DNA of 64,000 nt, taken from NCBI GenBank assembly GCA_965205865.1, contig CBDBHR010000030.1, forward strand, positions 704,001 through 768,000, written 5' to 3'. Below, in pieces: positions 53,158 through 64,000 of this stretch. The stretch is from a bacterium (GTDB taxonomy: Bacteria > SAR324 > NAC60-12). The translations under genes were made by a program, and so were the position numbers. How positions within the stretch are numbered: position 1 is the stretch's first letter; each line of letters begins with the position of its first letter. Under the pieces are notes generated by a model that was given only the letters and a program-made list of their open reading frames with translations, made no database searches and was not told the origin of the DNA.

Positions 53158-54324
53158 TCAGAGTCGATAGATTAATGTTTTTGGTATCACCCATTTGTAA
53201 TGGGGGATCAACCATATTCCTGCTACGTCTGCAGTTTCTATCAACTGTCCTTGCGTATTTCGAATGTAAATCGGTACAATTCTAAGTCTCCTGCCCTCCG
53301 GTGTAATAAACAACAGTTCTTCATCTGCATGAAAGGGTTGTCTTGAAATCAGGGCAATATGTTGGTCCTTGATCGATTCGACGACATACGCCACTAGATT
53401 CTTTCCGTGATCACTCAAGTGTTTGTTTTTTAAACGCTGAATGGGACGGTCGGTTCGATTGGATCTAAAAAATCCATGGATTGTATGGACCGGCCATTGT
53501 GCCTTGATTGATTTGACCAGTTCTCCATCGTAATTTTCTCTGAGGGAATCAATCTTTTGAATCCATTCAAAGGATTTGACGAACCTCAAATCAATTCTAA
53601 GGGTATGGAGCGCTGTTTCCCGCAATACGGGCAGGAGGTCCAACAGAAACAGGTCGTAGTAATGAAACATGAAGGTGCCATGACGGTTTTCCAGGGTGGG
53701 ATAATGATGGTGCTGTTGAGTATCACTGGCTACGATTGTTTCAAAAGAAGATTGGGAAGTGTTTGGGAAGGGACGTAGCAATGAGCGTGGCGTATAAAAT
53801 AAAAGAATTCTGCCCAATCCAAGGATTTCACAAGAAGATTCTAACTCGGAACAGTATTGTTTCAAAGTCGTTCCCGGAAGCTCCGTAGAAAGCACCAGAC
53901 GTTTCAGTTGTTCGCCAAAATAGTCGCGCCACTGCTGGAGACTGACCAAATTGTGATTGCCGGTTTCAACAATCAAATGAAGAGGTACATCAGGGAAGTG
54001 CTGACGTATCCACTGGGCAATCCCGACATCCTGTACTCGAACCGCAGCAATTTTAGATAAAGGCAGTTGATTGAAAATTTTTGCCCCACGGAGCAAATCG
54101 GATTCGCTGGCCAGGATATCCCATTGCGCAATCGGAGAAAATCCTTGTTTAATGGCCTCGGGGATCAACGCTTTTATTTCAGCGGTATCAAGTGTTCCAA
54201 AACGACTGAGATCTTCATGCTCCAGGATAATTTCACGGATGGAAGTCGGTTGTAGAAGTGACAGTTGGCCAGGGGTGGTCACATATGTATTGAAGGTCAA
54301 TCTTGCTGGAGCCATAGACGGCAT
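53158..54324 (-). CDS. U32 peptidase-family protein
   Basis: RLVLSTEL, EILGLG...YTPRSLL, ENRHGTFMF...DL. Confidence 0.7.
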   Translation of the reverse strand: MPSMAPARLTFNTYVTTPGQLSLLQPTSIREIILEHEDLSRFGTLDTAEIKALIPEAIKQGFSPIAQWDILASESDLLRGAKIFNQLPLSKIAAVRVQDVGIAQWIRQHFPDVPLHLIVETGNHNLVSLQQWRDYFGEQLKRLVLSTELPGTTLKQYCSELESSCEILGLGRILLFYTPRSLLRPFPNTSQSSFETIVASDTQQHHHYPTLENRHGTFMFHYYDLFLLDLLPVLRETALHTLRIDLRFVKSFEWIQKIDSLRENYDGELVKSIKAQWPVHTIHGFFRSNRTDRPIQRLKNKHLSDHGKNLVAYVVESIKDQHIALISRQPFHADEELLFITPEGRRLRIVPIYIRNTQGQLIETADVAGIWLIPHYKWVIPKTLIYRL

Positions 54325-54998
54325 TGCTCTGAGGTGATTTGAAAGGCGGGTACGTCATGGCGGATTCTGCGTTGCCGTATGACAAGCACACGGTTGGATA
54401 ATTCCAAACCTAACTCATATTGATGAGTGACCATCAATATGGTGCCCCCTTCTTGATGGAATCGTTTTAAATATTCTTGAAACAACTTGGTGGAGTTTTG
54501 ATCCAATCCTGAATACGGTTCATCCAGAACAAGAAGTTCTGGTTCGCACAAGATCAACTTTGCAATGGTTAAACGTTTGACCATCCCACTGCTGAAAGTG
54601 TAGACAGGCAAATGTCTCGCGTAATCCAAGGCAACGAATTTCAGAGTTTTTTCAATTTGCCGGGATAGATTTTTGACAGCATGAAGATTCCCAAACACTC
54701 TTAAATTTTCAGTGGCGGTTAAATCCGCATACAAGCGGCTTTCGTGAGCAATACTGGCAGTCGCCTGGCGCAGTTGATGAGCAACTTCCCGAAAACGGCT
54801 GCCTTTGAAAAAAATTTCTCCTTCACTGGGACGTGTCAGAGAACAAATGATTTGCAATAACGTGGTTTTTCCAACTCCGTTGTTTCCTAACAAAAGGGCG
54901 CAGTCCCCCATCATGATATCAAGATCGATGTTATGCAAAACAGTACGAAAACCATAACGTTTAGAAACATTGCGCAAGTTAATCAAAGGTGAATTCAT
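54297..54998 (-). CDS. ABC ATP-binding protein, CcmA-like
   Basis: GNNGVGKTT, FSSGM, LDEPYSGLD. Confidence 0.88.
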   Translation of the reverse strand: MNSPLINLRNVSKRYGFRTVLHNIDLDIMMGDCALLLGNNGVGKTTLLQIICSLTRPSEGEIFFKGSRFREVAHQLRQATASIAHESRLYADLTATENLRVFGNLHAVKNLSRQIEKTLKFVALDYARHLPVYTFSSGMVKRLTIAKLILCEPELLVLDEPYSGLDQNSTKLFQEYLKRFHQEGGTILMVTHQYELGLELSNRVLVIRQRRIRHDVPAFQITSEQCRLWLQQD

Positions 54999-55023
54999 GG
55001 AAGATCTGCGTGTGACAACCAAC

Positions 55024-55866
55024 TCATGGGATATGAAAATTTTGGTTAAACACAATTTTATTATTTTTATCCCATATGATAATGCGTATCGCTGTAAATG
55101 AACTTTGTTTTGGTTTTTCCAATCTTTTTGAAAAAGGGAGGAAGTGTTTGATTGAAAAGGGAAGCGCGGTTTTGGAATCAAACTCAATCTCTTGATTCAA
55201 TCGTTCTGCTGTCAAAGGAAGAATGTTCACAAATCCGGATTGTGCTTCTTTATGGGTGCTTCTCAGATTGAAGCGGACAGCAAAACTATTTTTATCGGAT
55301 TTAATTTGCGTCTGATCGATGAAGAATGTTTTATTTTCGTTACCGGAGAAATCGCCGGGTGCTGAAGAGAACTTATTTAGTTGTTTTTCCAAATCCTGCA
55401 ATTGTCTGGAAAGAGATTGGGTATCCTGCAAGTATTCTTGTTGTTGATTTTCAAGAGTTTTAACTTGGATGTCGCTATTTTTGATCATGAAGCTTAGATC
55501 ATTGATTTCCAATTGATATTCAAAAATTTTTTCCCGGATTCCCAGTTGAGTTTGAGAATTTGAGTGTTGGGTGGTTTGCAGAGTTGTCAGGGAATCGCTT
55601 GTCTCTTGCAGTTCTTTTTGCAACGTGGATATTTGTTGTTGGAGTTGTGCTGAGTTCTCTTCGAGTTTTTGAGTGAAAGAATTTTCAGTTTCATGCGTGT
55701 TATGCAGCGCTGCTGTTATATTTTCGTGGATGAGAAATTGATATACCGTGAGAAAAAACAGTGCCAGGTAGATCACCGTTATGGAAACTCCCGTTTGAAT
55801 AACTGCAGTGCGCTTGATTTCCCAATGACCCCGGGGACCGATGATATGATATTTGACTTTGTTCAT
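55024..55866 (-). CDS. Hypothetical single-TM coiled-coil protein
   Basis: 280-aa ORF coupled to dprA (ATGA overlap). Confidence 0.8.
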   Translation of the reverse strand: MNKVKYHIIGPRGHWEIKRTAVIQTGVSITVIYLALFFLTVYQFLIHENITAALHNTHETENSFTQKLEENSAQLQQQISTLQKELQETSDSLTTLQTTQHSNSQTQLGIREKIFEYQLEINDLSFMIKNSDIQVKTLENQQQEYLQDTQSLSRQLQDLEKQLNKFSSAPGDFSGNENKTFFIDQTQIKSDKNSFAVRFNLRSTHKEAQSGFVNILPLTAERLNQEIEFDSKTALPFSIKHFLPFSKRLEKPKQSSFTAIRIIIWDKNNKIVFNQNFHIP

Positions 55867-57041
55867 CGTCCTGAGATAGTAATTGGTTTTTTGGAATTAT
55901 TCTCGAGTTGGAACGCTTCATTGAGTTGATATCGCTGCCCTTCCAGGGACTGCACGGTTTCCGTTAGTTCCAATTCAACCAGCAATCCTAACAATTCATT
56001 GATTTCTATTCGAGTTTCTGAATAAAGAGAATCGATATCCTGCATACCTGAATCAAGCGCTTTTATTATTTTGCGTTGATGTTCAGAAAATGCTGAAAGG
56101 TCAATGCTCCGATCTGGGGTAAAATCGAAAGAGAACTTTGTTTGCAAATTTTTGGAGTAAGAAACTTGTAATTCCTCCAAAATGTCTTTGGCGTGAACAA
56201 CGAGTTTGGCGTGATGTCGGGAAATCAATTGATTAGCGCCCCGACTGGTGGAGGCCTCTACGTTTCCTGGCAAGGCAAAGACCTCCCGATTGTGTTGAAG
56301 TCCGAATGCCGCCGTAATGAGGGCTCCACTTTTTTGACCTGCTTCTGTCACCACAATTCCCTGGGACAATCCACTGATAATTCGATTACGGATTGGAAAA
56401 TTACGGGCCAAAGGTTTCATGCCCATGGGGAATTCTGAAATCAAAGCGCCTTTAGACTGGATTTCTTGTGAGAGGCGATAATTTTCAGGGGGATAGATAT
56501 GCTTTAAGCCACCGGCCAGAACCGCAATTGTGGACAATCCTGCATCCAAAGCCGATTGGTGGGCCACGGTATCAATTCCCCGAGCCAACCCACTGACGAT
56601 AACCAAATTGGGCATTACTTCCGCCATTTCGAATATCAAACGCTTTGTATTCTTTTTTCCATAAGATGTGCAAATCCTTGAACCCACCACCGCAATGCAA
56701 GGAGATTCTATTTTTTGCAAATCTCCTTGACAATAAAGGATTGGAGGAGGCGCTGGTATTTCTCTCAATTTTTCCGGATAGCGGGGTGATTCGAGGCAGA
56801 TCAATTGAATGCCATTTTCCTCGATCAACCGGCGTTCTATTTGAAAACTGACCATGTCTTTCGCATTTGCAATGCGATTGGCCATCTTCACTGAAATGCC
56901 ACTTTGCCGGACTAGTTCTTCTGCGGACACACGTAGCAGGTTGTCGATACTCTTATAATGCCGAAGAAGTTGGCGAAGGGTTTGAATCCCCAGATCCGGA
57001 ATCAAATTCAACGCCAACCAATTCATTTCCGGAGTGTCCAT
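55863..57041 (-). CDS. dprA: DNA-processing protein DprA
   Basis: AVVGSR, VSGLARGID, FPIRNRIISGLS, SGALIT. Confidence 0.96.
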   Translation of the reverse strand: MDTPEMNWLALNLIPDLGIQTLRQLLRHYKSIDNLLRVSAEELVRQSGISVKMANRIANAKDMVSFQIERRLIEENGIQLICLESPRYPEKLREIPAPPPILYCQGDLQKIESPCIAVVGSRICTSYGKKNTKRLIFEMAEVMPNLVIVSGLARGIDTVAHQSALDAGLSTIAVLAGGLKHIYPPENYRLSQEIQSKGALISEFPMGMKPLARNFPIRNRIISGLSQGIVVTEAGQKSGALITAAFGLQHNREVFALPGNVEASTSRGANQLISRHHAKLVVHAKDILEELQVSYSKNLQTKFSFDFTPDRSIDLSAFSEHQRKIIKALDSGMQDIDSLYSETRIEINELLGLLVELELTETVQSLEGQRYQLNEAFQLENNSKKPITISGR

Positions 57042-57085
57042 TGGGACTCCTGTTTTCTGAAGAATCATTGAGGTAATGGGATCAA

Positions 57086-57541
57086 CTAACGAAAGAACTT
57101 CAGTGCCCGTTCCACTTCCCGGTCCTCATCTTTTCGCTTCATGCTCTCGCGTTTATCATAGATTTTTTTCCCTCGTACCAAAGCCAATTCTACTTTGACT
57201 TTCCCATTTTTAAAGTAAAATCTCAGAGGAATCAAGGTTCGCCCTTTTTCTCGAAGCTGTCCGTAGAGTCTGCGAATTTCTTGTTTATGCAACAACAGCT
57301 TACGTTCTCGGAGGGGTTCATGATTGACCCGGTTTCCAAATTCATAAGGACTGATGCGCAAATGGAGCAAGAAAATCTCCAAGCGCTCATTGATCCGACA
57401 ATAGCTATCACTTATATTGATCCCGCTGTTACGCAGGCTTTTTACCTCAGTTCCCTTCAATGCAATGCCTGCTTCAAAAGTTTGAATGATTTCATATTCA
57501 AATCGTGCTTTTCGGTTTGTAGCGATGATTTTAATACTCAT
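57086..57541 (-). CDS. smpB: SsrA-binding protein
   Basis: NRKARFEY, EAGIALKGTEVKS, RKLLLHK, YDKRE. Confidence 0.97.
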   Translation of the reverse strand: MSIKIIATNRKARFEYEIIQTFEAGIALKGTEVKSLRNSGINISDSYCRINERLEIFLLHLRISPYEFGNRVNHEPLRERKLLLHKQEIRRLYGQLREKGRTLIPLRFYFKNGKVKVELALVRGKKIYDKRESMKRKDEDREVERALKFFR

Positions 57542-57632
57542 CAAATAACTGTGGCGAGGAAGGAAAAGGCAATGAGGAATGCCTGACAAATCGGTTGTTA
57601 CAAATCACAACGTCAGAATCACGGATATCCAT

Positions 57633-59039
57633 TTATAAAGAGTCGTGTTCCTGCAAATCAGCAGGAGTTTTAAGTCGCGTCTCAGCCCATCGCATGGCAT
57701 CATGCAATTGATTCAATTTACCGTCCAACTGCAACTCAAAACTTTCTCGAATCAATTGTCCTACCAGCGGTCCGGGAGTCATGCCTAATTTCAGCAAATG
57801 ACGACCTTTCAAGATAGGGTGAGGCGCATTATCTTTGACATCAAGAGCTTCGGCACGCTCCAGCAACCAATCTCGGGCGGGAAATACTCTTGCGAGAGCC
57901 TCCTGAGTGGTCCTGCCAAAGTGATCTGCAGTGGCAACGCGGATCAACTCGGGAATAGGCACCCGCATGGCAAGACGTCGAATCGCGCCATCTGTCACCC
58001 GCGTCCTCGCTTGGTACAGCAAGGCAGGTTTCAAATGCTCTCTCACATAGATTTTCACCGACTCAATTAGAATCTGTTCGTCGCTGAGACGTCTGAGAAA
58101 GGATTCTGTGGGTTCCAAACCTTTTACATCATGAGCAGGGCTTCTCCAGTGTCCTTCTTTGAAAACCGTTGTTGCTGGTTTTCCAAAATCATGACAAAGC
58201 GCACCAAACATGAGACGTATGTCCTTCTTTTCGTCATTCTGCCTCAATTTGGCGGATTCATCCATCACCATGAGCGTGTGAGTCCAGACGTCTCCTTCCG
58301 GATGCCAGACAGGGTCTTGGGGAACGCCGATCAATGCTCTTAATTCCGGAAAAAATTTCAAGACACCTAAATCCAGCGCCGCTTTCAGGCCGATAGAGGG
58401 AAATTTTGCCCTGAGAAACAATTTTTTAAACTCTTCGAATAATCTTTCTTTAGGGAGTTCCTGCAGATCAAGATTTTGACAGATTTTAAGCGTTTCCGGC
58501 GCAATTTTTAATTCAAAACGAGCCGCAAACTGCATGGCCCGTAGAACTCGTAAGGGATCTTCCGTAAAAGCGGGACCAATATGTCGAAGCGTGCCTTGCT
58601 GCAGATCCAGTCGACCTTGAAAAGAATCGTATATTTTGCCGTTGAGAATATCATACCCCATTGCATTAATAGTGAAATCCCGTCGAGCAGCAGCACTGGC
58701 AAAATTCATGTTTGGATCAACATCGATCATAAATCCTTTGTGACCTGGTCCGCTTTTATTTTCGGTACGAGGCAGGCTGAAATCATATTCATTTCGAGAG
58801 GTTGATAATTTGAAGATTCCAAAGTGTTTTCCAACTGCGGCAACATGACCAAACGTCGTTAAAACGGATTCCAACCTCGAAGGTAAAAGATGATAAACTT
58901 CGATGTCTAAATCTTGGGGAATGGGATGTTGTAAGAGAAAATCACGGACGGACCCACCGATGAGTAACGCTTTTCCCCCTGCATTTGAAATTGCCCGGGC
59001 AATAGCAATGATCTCCGAATCCAATTTGATTTCCGGCAT
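57633..59039 (-). CDS. cca: CCA tRNA nucleotidyltransferase with HD domain
   Basis: GGSVRD, DLDIEV, RRDFTINA, EDPLRVLR, HPEGDV, HDFGK. Confidence 0.88.
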   Translation of the reverse strand: MPEIKLDSEIIAIARAISNAGGKALLIGGSVRDFLLQHPIPQDLDIEVYHLLPSRLESVLTTFGHVAAVGKHFGIFKLSTSRNEYDFSLPRTENKSGPGHKGFMIDVDPNMNFASAAARRDFTINAMGYDILNGKIYDSFQGRLDLQQGTLRHIGPAFTEDPLRVLRAMQFAARFELKIAPETLKICQNLDLQELPKERLFEEFKKLFLRAKFPSIGLKAALDLGVLKFFPELRALIGVPQDPVWHPEGDVWTHTLMVMDESAKLRQNDEKKDIRLMFGALCHDFGKPATTVFKEGHWRSPAHDVKGLEPTESFLRRLSDEQILIESVKIYVREHLKPALLYQARTRVTDGAIRRLAMRVPIPELIRVATADHFGRTTQEALARVFPARDWLLERAEALDVKDNAPHPILKGRHLLKLGMTPGPLVGQLIRESFELQLDGKLNQLHDAMRWAETRLKTPADLQEHDSL

Positions 59040-59161
59040 AATTGTCACCAGTGCGAGCAAGAAAAAGATTGGGTTAAAAACCTGTTTCCAGTCACCGTTA
59101 ATATCGAAACTTGACAAGATTGCGGTTTTTAACCAGTCGGAGAAGGCAGACTATTTAACGG

Positions 59162-60091
59162 TCACAAGTGCTTGATGAAATAAGGAATCGTGTTTTCAAG
59201 TCCCTCTGCCAGGGAAACCATTGGCTGCCAACCAAGCTCCTTTTTTGCCAATGCAATATCGGGTATCCGCCTGAAGGGATCGTCGTCTCTTTTTGATTTC
59301 AGCATAATTTTAGATGGGGATCGTGTCAGTTCGATAATTTTTTCTGCTAATTCCAAAATGCTAAACTCCACTGGATTACCAAGGTTGACAGGTCCCACAA
59401 AATTTTCTTTGCGCATCATGGAGACGATCCCTTTCACAAGATTGTCAATGTAACAAAAGGAACGTGATTGCTCACCATTACCATAAATGACAAGAGGCTC
59501 TCCCTTCAGTGCAGCTACAATAAAATTGCTCACAACCCGACCATCATCAAGATTCATGCGAGGACCATAGGTATTGAAAATTCTTATGATTTTGCAGTCA
59601 ACTTGGTTTTGACGATGGTAATCCATCGTTAAGGTTTCTGCCACTCGTTTTCCTTCATCGTAGCAACTGCGAATGCCAATCGGATTTACCGAACCCCTAT
59701 ATTCTTCAGGCTGCGGATGAATTTCAGGATTGCCATAAACCTCAGATGTGGATGCCTGCAAAATCCGGGCTTTCACCCGTTTTGCCAATCCTAACATATT
59801 GATTGTACCCATTACGCAGGTTTTAATTGTTTTAACAGGATTGTACTGATAGTGAATCGGGGAAGCCGGACAGGCAAAATTAAAAATCCAATCCGCTTCC
59901 AACAAGATGGGTTCCACAATATCGTGTCGGATGATTTCAAAACCAGGATTGGCAAGAAGGTGTTCCACATTCTTTTTACTTCCAGTAAAAAAATTATCCA
60001 GACAAATGACTTCATGCCCTGCATTCAAGAGATACTCACAGAGAAACGAGCCAATAAAACCGGCACCTCCCGTGACCAATGCCTTTTCCAT
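59162..60091 (-). CDS. UDP-glucuronate decarboxylase (UDP-xylose synthase) family SDR
   Basis: [41 protein letters not shown]. Confidence 0.93.
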   Translation of the reverse strand: MEKALVTGGAGFIGSFLCEYLLNAGHEVICLDNFFTGSKKNVEHLLANPGFEIIRHDIVEPILLEADWIFNFACPASPIHYQYNPVKTIKTCVMGTINMLGLAKRVKARILQASTSEVYGNPEIHPQPEEYRGSVNPIGIRSCYDEGKRVAETLTMDYHRQNQVDCKIIRIFNTYGPRMNLDDGRVVSNFIVAALKGEPLVIYGNGEQSRSFCYIDNLVKGIVSMMRKENFVGPVNLGNPVEFSILELAEKIIELTRSPSKIMLKSKRDDDPFRRIPDIALAKKELGWQPMVSLAEGLENTIPYFIKHL

Positions 60092-60560
60092 AGATTGTTA
60101 TAAAAAAAGTCATAATTTGTATTTTATTTAACATTTCCAGCAAATGAAATAAATTAAATTTCATTCAAATTCAGGGTATAGCACGAAGGTCATGGTTGTT
60201 TATCTCCATTTTGGTTTGAGAAGTGATTCAAAAGGAGGAAGAATATTAGAGCGGTCCGAGGTATCCCTTCTTGGAAGATTATGATAGAAACTTATGTATT
60301 TCCACATTCAATTATATCGATACCTTGATAAACAAGTCAAATTTCAATGAATGCGTAGCAAGAAATGGAAAAGCAACTCACCATTTGTCCTGTTGCGCAT
60401 CTATGATACGTTCCATTTGAATCCGAGTCTGCCCTGATTTTTTAGGAATTTGGGTTGAGAGACTCCCCCGTTCGTTACCCTCCTGTCAAGGTCAGTGAGA
60501 TTAGCAGGTGGAATTCGCAAGGGGGTTGATGAGATCTTAACATCCAGATAAGAGGAAAAA

Positions 60561-61613
60561 ATGTTTCAAGAAGATAAGAAAAAAGAATTACAATTAGCCA
60601 TTTCACAAATCGACCGCCAATTTGGCAAAGGTTCGATAATGAGATTGGATGATACCAGTACGGCTCATTTCCCCTCCGTCAGTACCGGCATAATCGGATT
60701 AGACATTGCATTGGGGATTGGCGGATTTCCCAAGGGGAGAATAACGGAAATCTATGGACCAGAAGGAACCGGGAAAACCACAGTTGCGCTTTGTGCTATT
60801 GCTGAAGTTCAAAAACTGGGTGGCACGGCCGCTTTTATCGATGCAGAACATGCATTGGATGTGGCAAATGCAAAAAAACTCGGGGTTAAAATTGATGAAC
60901 TCCTTCTTTCCCAACCCGATTATGGGGAGCAAGCTTTGGAAATATCAGATATTTTGGTACGCAGCAAAAGTGTCGACATTGTCGTCGTCGATTCAGTAGC
61001 TGCCTTGGTACCAAAAAATGAGTTGGAAGGAGAAATGGGAGACTCCCATGTTGGATTACAAGCACGCTTGATGTCCCAAGCATTGCGAAAATTGACGGGC
61101 TCTGTGGCCAAATCAAACACCCTCTTTATATTCATCAATCAATTGCGGATAAAAATTGGTGTAATTTTTGGCAATCCAGAAACCACAACGGGAGGAAATG
61201 CGCTCAAATTTTACTCCAGTATGCGGCTGGAAGTGAGAAAGGGGTCTTTAATCAAAAAAGGTGATGAGACGACTGGACATCAAATGAAAATAAAAATTGT
61301 CAAAAATAAAGTAGCCCCTCCCTTCCGTACAGTCGAGTTTGACCTTTTTTACAATAGGGGCGTGTCTAAGCTGGGAAGCCTTTTGGATTGTAGCGTTTCG
61401 GACGGAATCGTACAAAAAAGCGGGACCTGGTATTCTTATGATGGGGAAAGAATGGGACAAGGGCGTGAAAATTCTGAAAGGTTTTTAGAGGAAAACCCAA
61501 AGATGATAACAGAAATTGATCGTAAAATTAGAGAAGCCCATCATCTTGCAATTCCATCAGAAGGAATAAGCCCATCTTCTTCTGAGGAAAGCAAAGAACA
61601 ACCTGTAAGTTAA
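60561..61613 (+). CDS. recA: Recombinase A
   Basis: [45 protein letters not shown]. Confidence 0.98.
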   Translation: MFQEDKKKELQLAISQIDRQFGKGSIMRLDDTSTAHFPSVSTGIIGLDIALGIGGFPKGRITEIYGPEGTGKTTVALCAIAEVQKLGGTAAFIDAEHALDVANAKKLGVKIDELLLSQPDYGEQALEISDILVRSKSVDIVVVDSVAALVPKNELEGEMGDSHVGLQARLMSQALRKLTGSVAKSNTLFIFINQLRIKIGVIFGNPETTTGGNALKFYSSMRLEVRKGSLIKKGDETTGHQMKIKIVKNKVAPPFRTVEFDLFYNRGVSKLGSLLDCSVSDGIVQKSGTWYSYDGERMGQGRENSERFLEENPKMITEIDRKIREAHHLAIPSEGISPSSSEESKEQPVS

Positions 61614-61767
61614 AATCTTGCGAGCAAGCTAATAAACTCGCTCATCCCTCCTTAGGGAATAGGACGTACCAGTGTGAGAGAAATATCGATCATGGCGAAA
61701 TCAGCGGTGGCAAAACCGGCAACAGGATTGCCATCCGGAGTCATACTGATATTTGGAAAGTGTATAT

Positions 61768-61843
61768 GTCATCCTCGCGAAAGCGGGGATCCGGATTTCA
61801 GTCTGGTTGCATACCTCCGGATTCCTGCTTTCGCAAGAATGAC
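61768..61843. repeat. REP-like inverted pair (GTCAT family)
   Basis: gtcatcctcgcgaaagcggggatccgg ... ccggattcctgctttcgcaagaatgac. Confidence 0.8.
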
Positions 61844-61989
61844 AAGGTTTCTCTAAGATATGAAGATTCCATTTTCTGGTAGTCGACAAGGACTGCGATG
61901 TTCAGATTCGTCTGTGATTTCGCTGGTTGCAATTAATGCAAGGTTTCTCAGAAAGTGACAAGGACTGCGACAGATGTGTCAGAACATTG

Positions 61990-62990
61990 TCAGAACCACC
62001 AACCGGTGTAATGGTCCATTCGGCACTCAGACCCTTCTCTCCCTTTTTTCCTGAAGAAGGGCCGACATAACCTGAATGTAGAGAAGATCCGATACACCTT
62101 CGACGACGAGGCTGTTTGGGCCAATGAAAAGTGTTTGATAAATCTCGTAACCAAGGGCTCCTTGCAGTGGAAATAGACTGTCTGGTGTTGCATCAAGAAC
62201 TTCAGTGATGACCTGTGTCCCTTGTTGTTTATCGGAGAGATTGTCTTAGTTTGGCTCAATGCTCAGGTCCTGGACAATGCGCACTCGATCAAAATACTTA
62301 GCCTCGACCATGAACGGTGAATGAGTCGTATAGATGAGTTGATGATGGGGTTTGAGTTCCTTTTCAAAGTAGCGAAGAAGGTCTTCCTGAGCTTTCGCAT
62401 GCAAAGAGAGACCTGGTTCGTCCAAAAGTAGAATAATCTTCTCATTCTTTTTGCGAAGCTGAGAATACCATGCGAGGAAAGAAAAGAACCAGACAAAGCC
62501 CCGGGAACGGGTACCAAGCGCCGTGCTCACCATGTGTTTCATGTCGTTTACACGACCCCAGATGTTCATTCCCTTTGTCATATGCGGTGGGTCATTGAGT
62601 AGGGCTGGGCGGATGTCAAACTTCAACCGAAGGTGTTGATTCTGGGACCAATAAGTGAGCACTTTCTGCGTAAGTTGATTTTCGGCCGCTTCAAGCTTGG
62701 CAAGCAACGCTTCCGTCCGCCCCGGCGCAACAAGTTGGTTCAAGTCCAATCCGGCAAGGTCGATTAATCCCAGGAGTGGATGGTCTGGCTCTTCAAGAGC
62801 ATCGTTTTTGCCTCGTTCCATGAGAGCATCAAGGTTGTCCTGCCCCTTCATCTGGTAATACTCGTCGAAGTAGAGAAACTTCGGAATACGGATACTGAGA
62901 GTATGTTGGTAAACGATGCAATTTACACCGTCGTCAGAGATATCTTGAAGCATCGACTTGAGCTCCTGCACAACTTCCGTCTCCTGCCCT
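61990..62990 (-). pseudogene. OLD-family ATP-dependent nuclease remnant (ABC-ATPase C-half plus TOPRIM start)
   Basis: RSRGFVWFFSF, LLLDEPGLSLH, YTTHSPFM; in-frame TAA at 62246 then VVEGVSD; Walker A half missing. Confidence 0.8.
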
Positions 62991-63189
62991 CTATCACTGC
63001 ATATGAGTTGATAGTCTCTGAAAAAGTCTCTTTATTGACAATTGCCAATTTCAGACAGAGAGCAGTGCAGAGAAATCGAGAAAATGACTGTGAGACAAAG
63101 CGAAAATAAATAAATCTCGCTGTTGCCCAAACACTTTGATATACTTATTGAAAATTAGTGTTTTGTTGTTCTCTTCTTTGAGGAGTATC

Positions 63190-64000
63190 ATGCTGAGACA
63201 TCCCATTTCTCCGACGGTAGACTGTATCTTCAAGGCCATTTTAGGGGCAGAGGAAAACAAAAATTTACTGGTTGATTTTCTCAATAGTGTTCTTGCTCCG
63301 CAGTCTCCCATTTCGGATGTCGAAATCCTCAATCCTTACAATGAACGTGAATTTTATAAAGATAAGTTGACGATTGTCGATATCAAAGCCAAAGATGAAA
63401 ATGGGACGGCCTACCAGATAGAAATTCAATTATCGGTTTTTTCTTATTTGCCGGAGAGAATGCTCTACACGTGGAGCGACATCTACCAGTCCCAGCTAAC
63501 AAGCGGGGAAAAATTCTCAGAATTACGTCCGGTTATCTCCATTTGGCTGTTGACTGAAAACCTGTTCCACCAAAGCCCAGCTTACCATCATCACTTCCAA
63601 ATGCTCGATGAAGCGCACCAACAACGATTATCGGAGCATTGCTCAATCCACACGTTAGAATTGGAGAAATGGCAGTTTTCCGAGACACTGAACCCTGAAG
63701 GTGAATGGCTTTATTTTTTTAAGGAAGCCGAGAATTGGAGAGAATTACCCGAAATCATCAACACCCCTAAAATGAGGCAAGCGATGGCAGTCTTAGAGAG
63801 ATTTTCTGAAAAAGAAGCGAATTATCATTTATACCAAGCCCGTCAAAACGCCATCCGTGAGGAACAAACAAGGCAGAAACTTTTAGAAGAAGCTCTACGA
63901 GATAAGGAAGAAGCGGTGCGAGACAAAGAAGAAGCGGTGCGAGACAAAGAAGAAGCAGTGCGAGACAAAGAAGAGGAGAAAGCGAAAAATAATCGTCTCA
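63190..64000 (+). CDS. Rpn-family PD-(D/E)XK nuclease/putative transposase; 3' end runs off the window
   Basis: GAGGAG SD; PTVDCIFKAILG, VDIKAKD, QIEIQ, RMLY; C-terminal (RDKEEAV)n repeat. Confidence 0.9.
   Translation, partial: MLRHPISPTVDCIFKAILGAEENKNLLVDFLNSVLAPQSPISDVEILNPYNEREFYKDKLTIVDIKAKDENGTAYQIEIQLSVFSYLPERMLYTWSDIYQSQLTSGEKFSELRPVISIWLLTENLFHQSPAYHHHFQMLDEAHQQRLSEHCSIHTLELEKWQFSETLNPEGEWLYFFKEAENWRELPEIINTPKMRQAMAVLERFSEKEANYHLYQARQNAIREEQTRQKLLEEALRDKEEAVRDKEEAVRDKEEAVRDKEEEKAKNNRL
63898..63975 (+). repeat. 21-nt coding tandem repeat, about 3.5 copies
   Basis: cgagacaaagaagaagcggtg repeated. Confidence 0.9.

Overview
Bacterial chromosomal window, Deltaproteobacteria-like (SAR324-type is a guess from protein style and is not verified). 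Two housekeeping blocks dominate. The first (14.4-34.3 kb) holds a cpxPRA-like two-component system, fabF-acpP-fabG, mraY, frr-pyrH-tsf-rpsB, coaD, tsaD, surA, metK, ptsH, aroE and xseA. The second (43.1-61.6 kb) holds ddl, trmL, dnaN-recF-gyrB-der, pilC/gspF, dprA, smpB, cca, uxs and recA. Three accessory zones lie around them (0-14.3, 34.4-43.1 and 61.7-64 kb). These carry four paralogous, visibly GC-richer peptide/nickel-type ABC loci without ATPase genes, and a ~200-bp promoter/operator/structured-leader module is repeated upstream of them. They also contain attC-like sites with no integrase in the window, linked to an inverted Rpn-family gene that has an internal SD+ATG and to decayed toxin-antitoxin genes. 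Mobile debris includes a complete but ORF-deleted group II intron inserted precisely into a REP palindrome, a group IIC intron remnant, a TAA-flanked 158-bp MITE (three copies), IS1380/IS256/IS200 remnants and an OLD-family nuclease pseudogene. A candidate oriC without dnaA or canonical DnaA boxes lies upstream of dnaN. No rRNA, tRNA, cas genes or convincing CRISPR array were seen. All assignments come from reading the sequence by eye; no database search was run.
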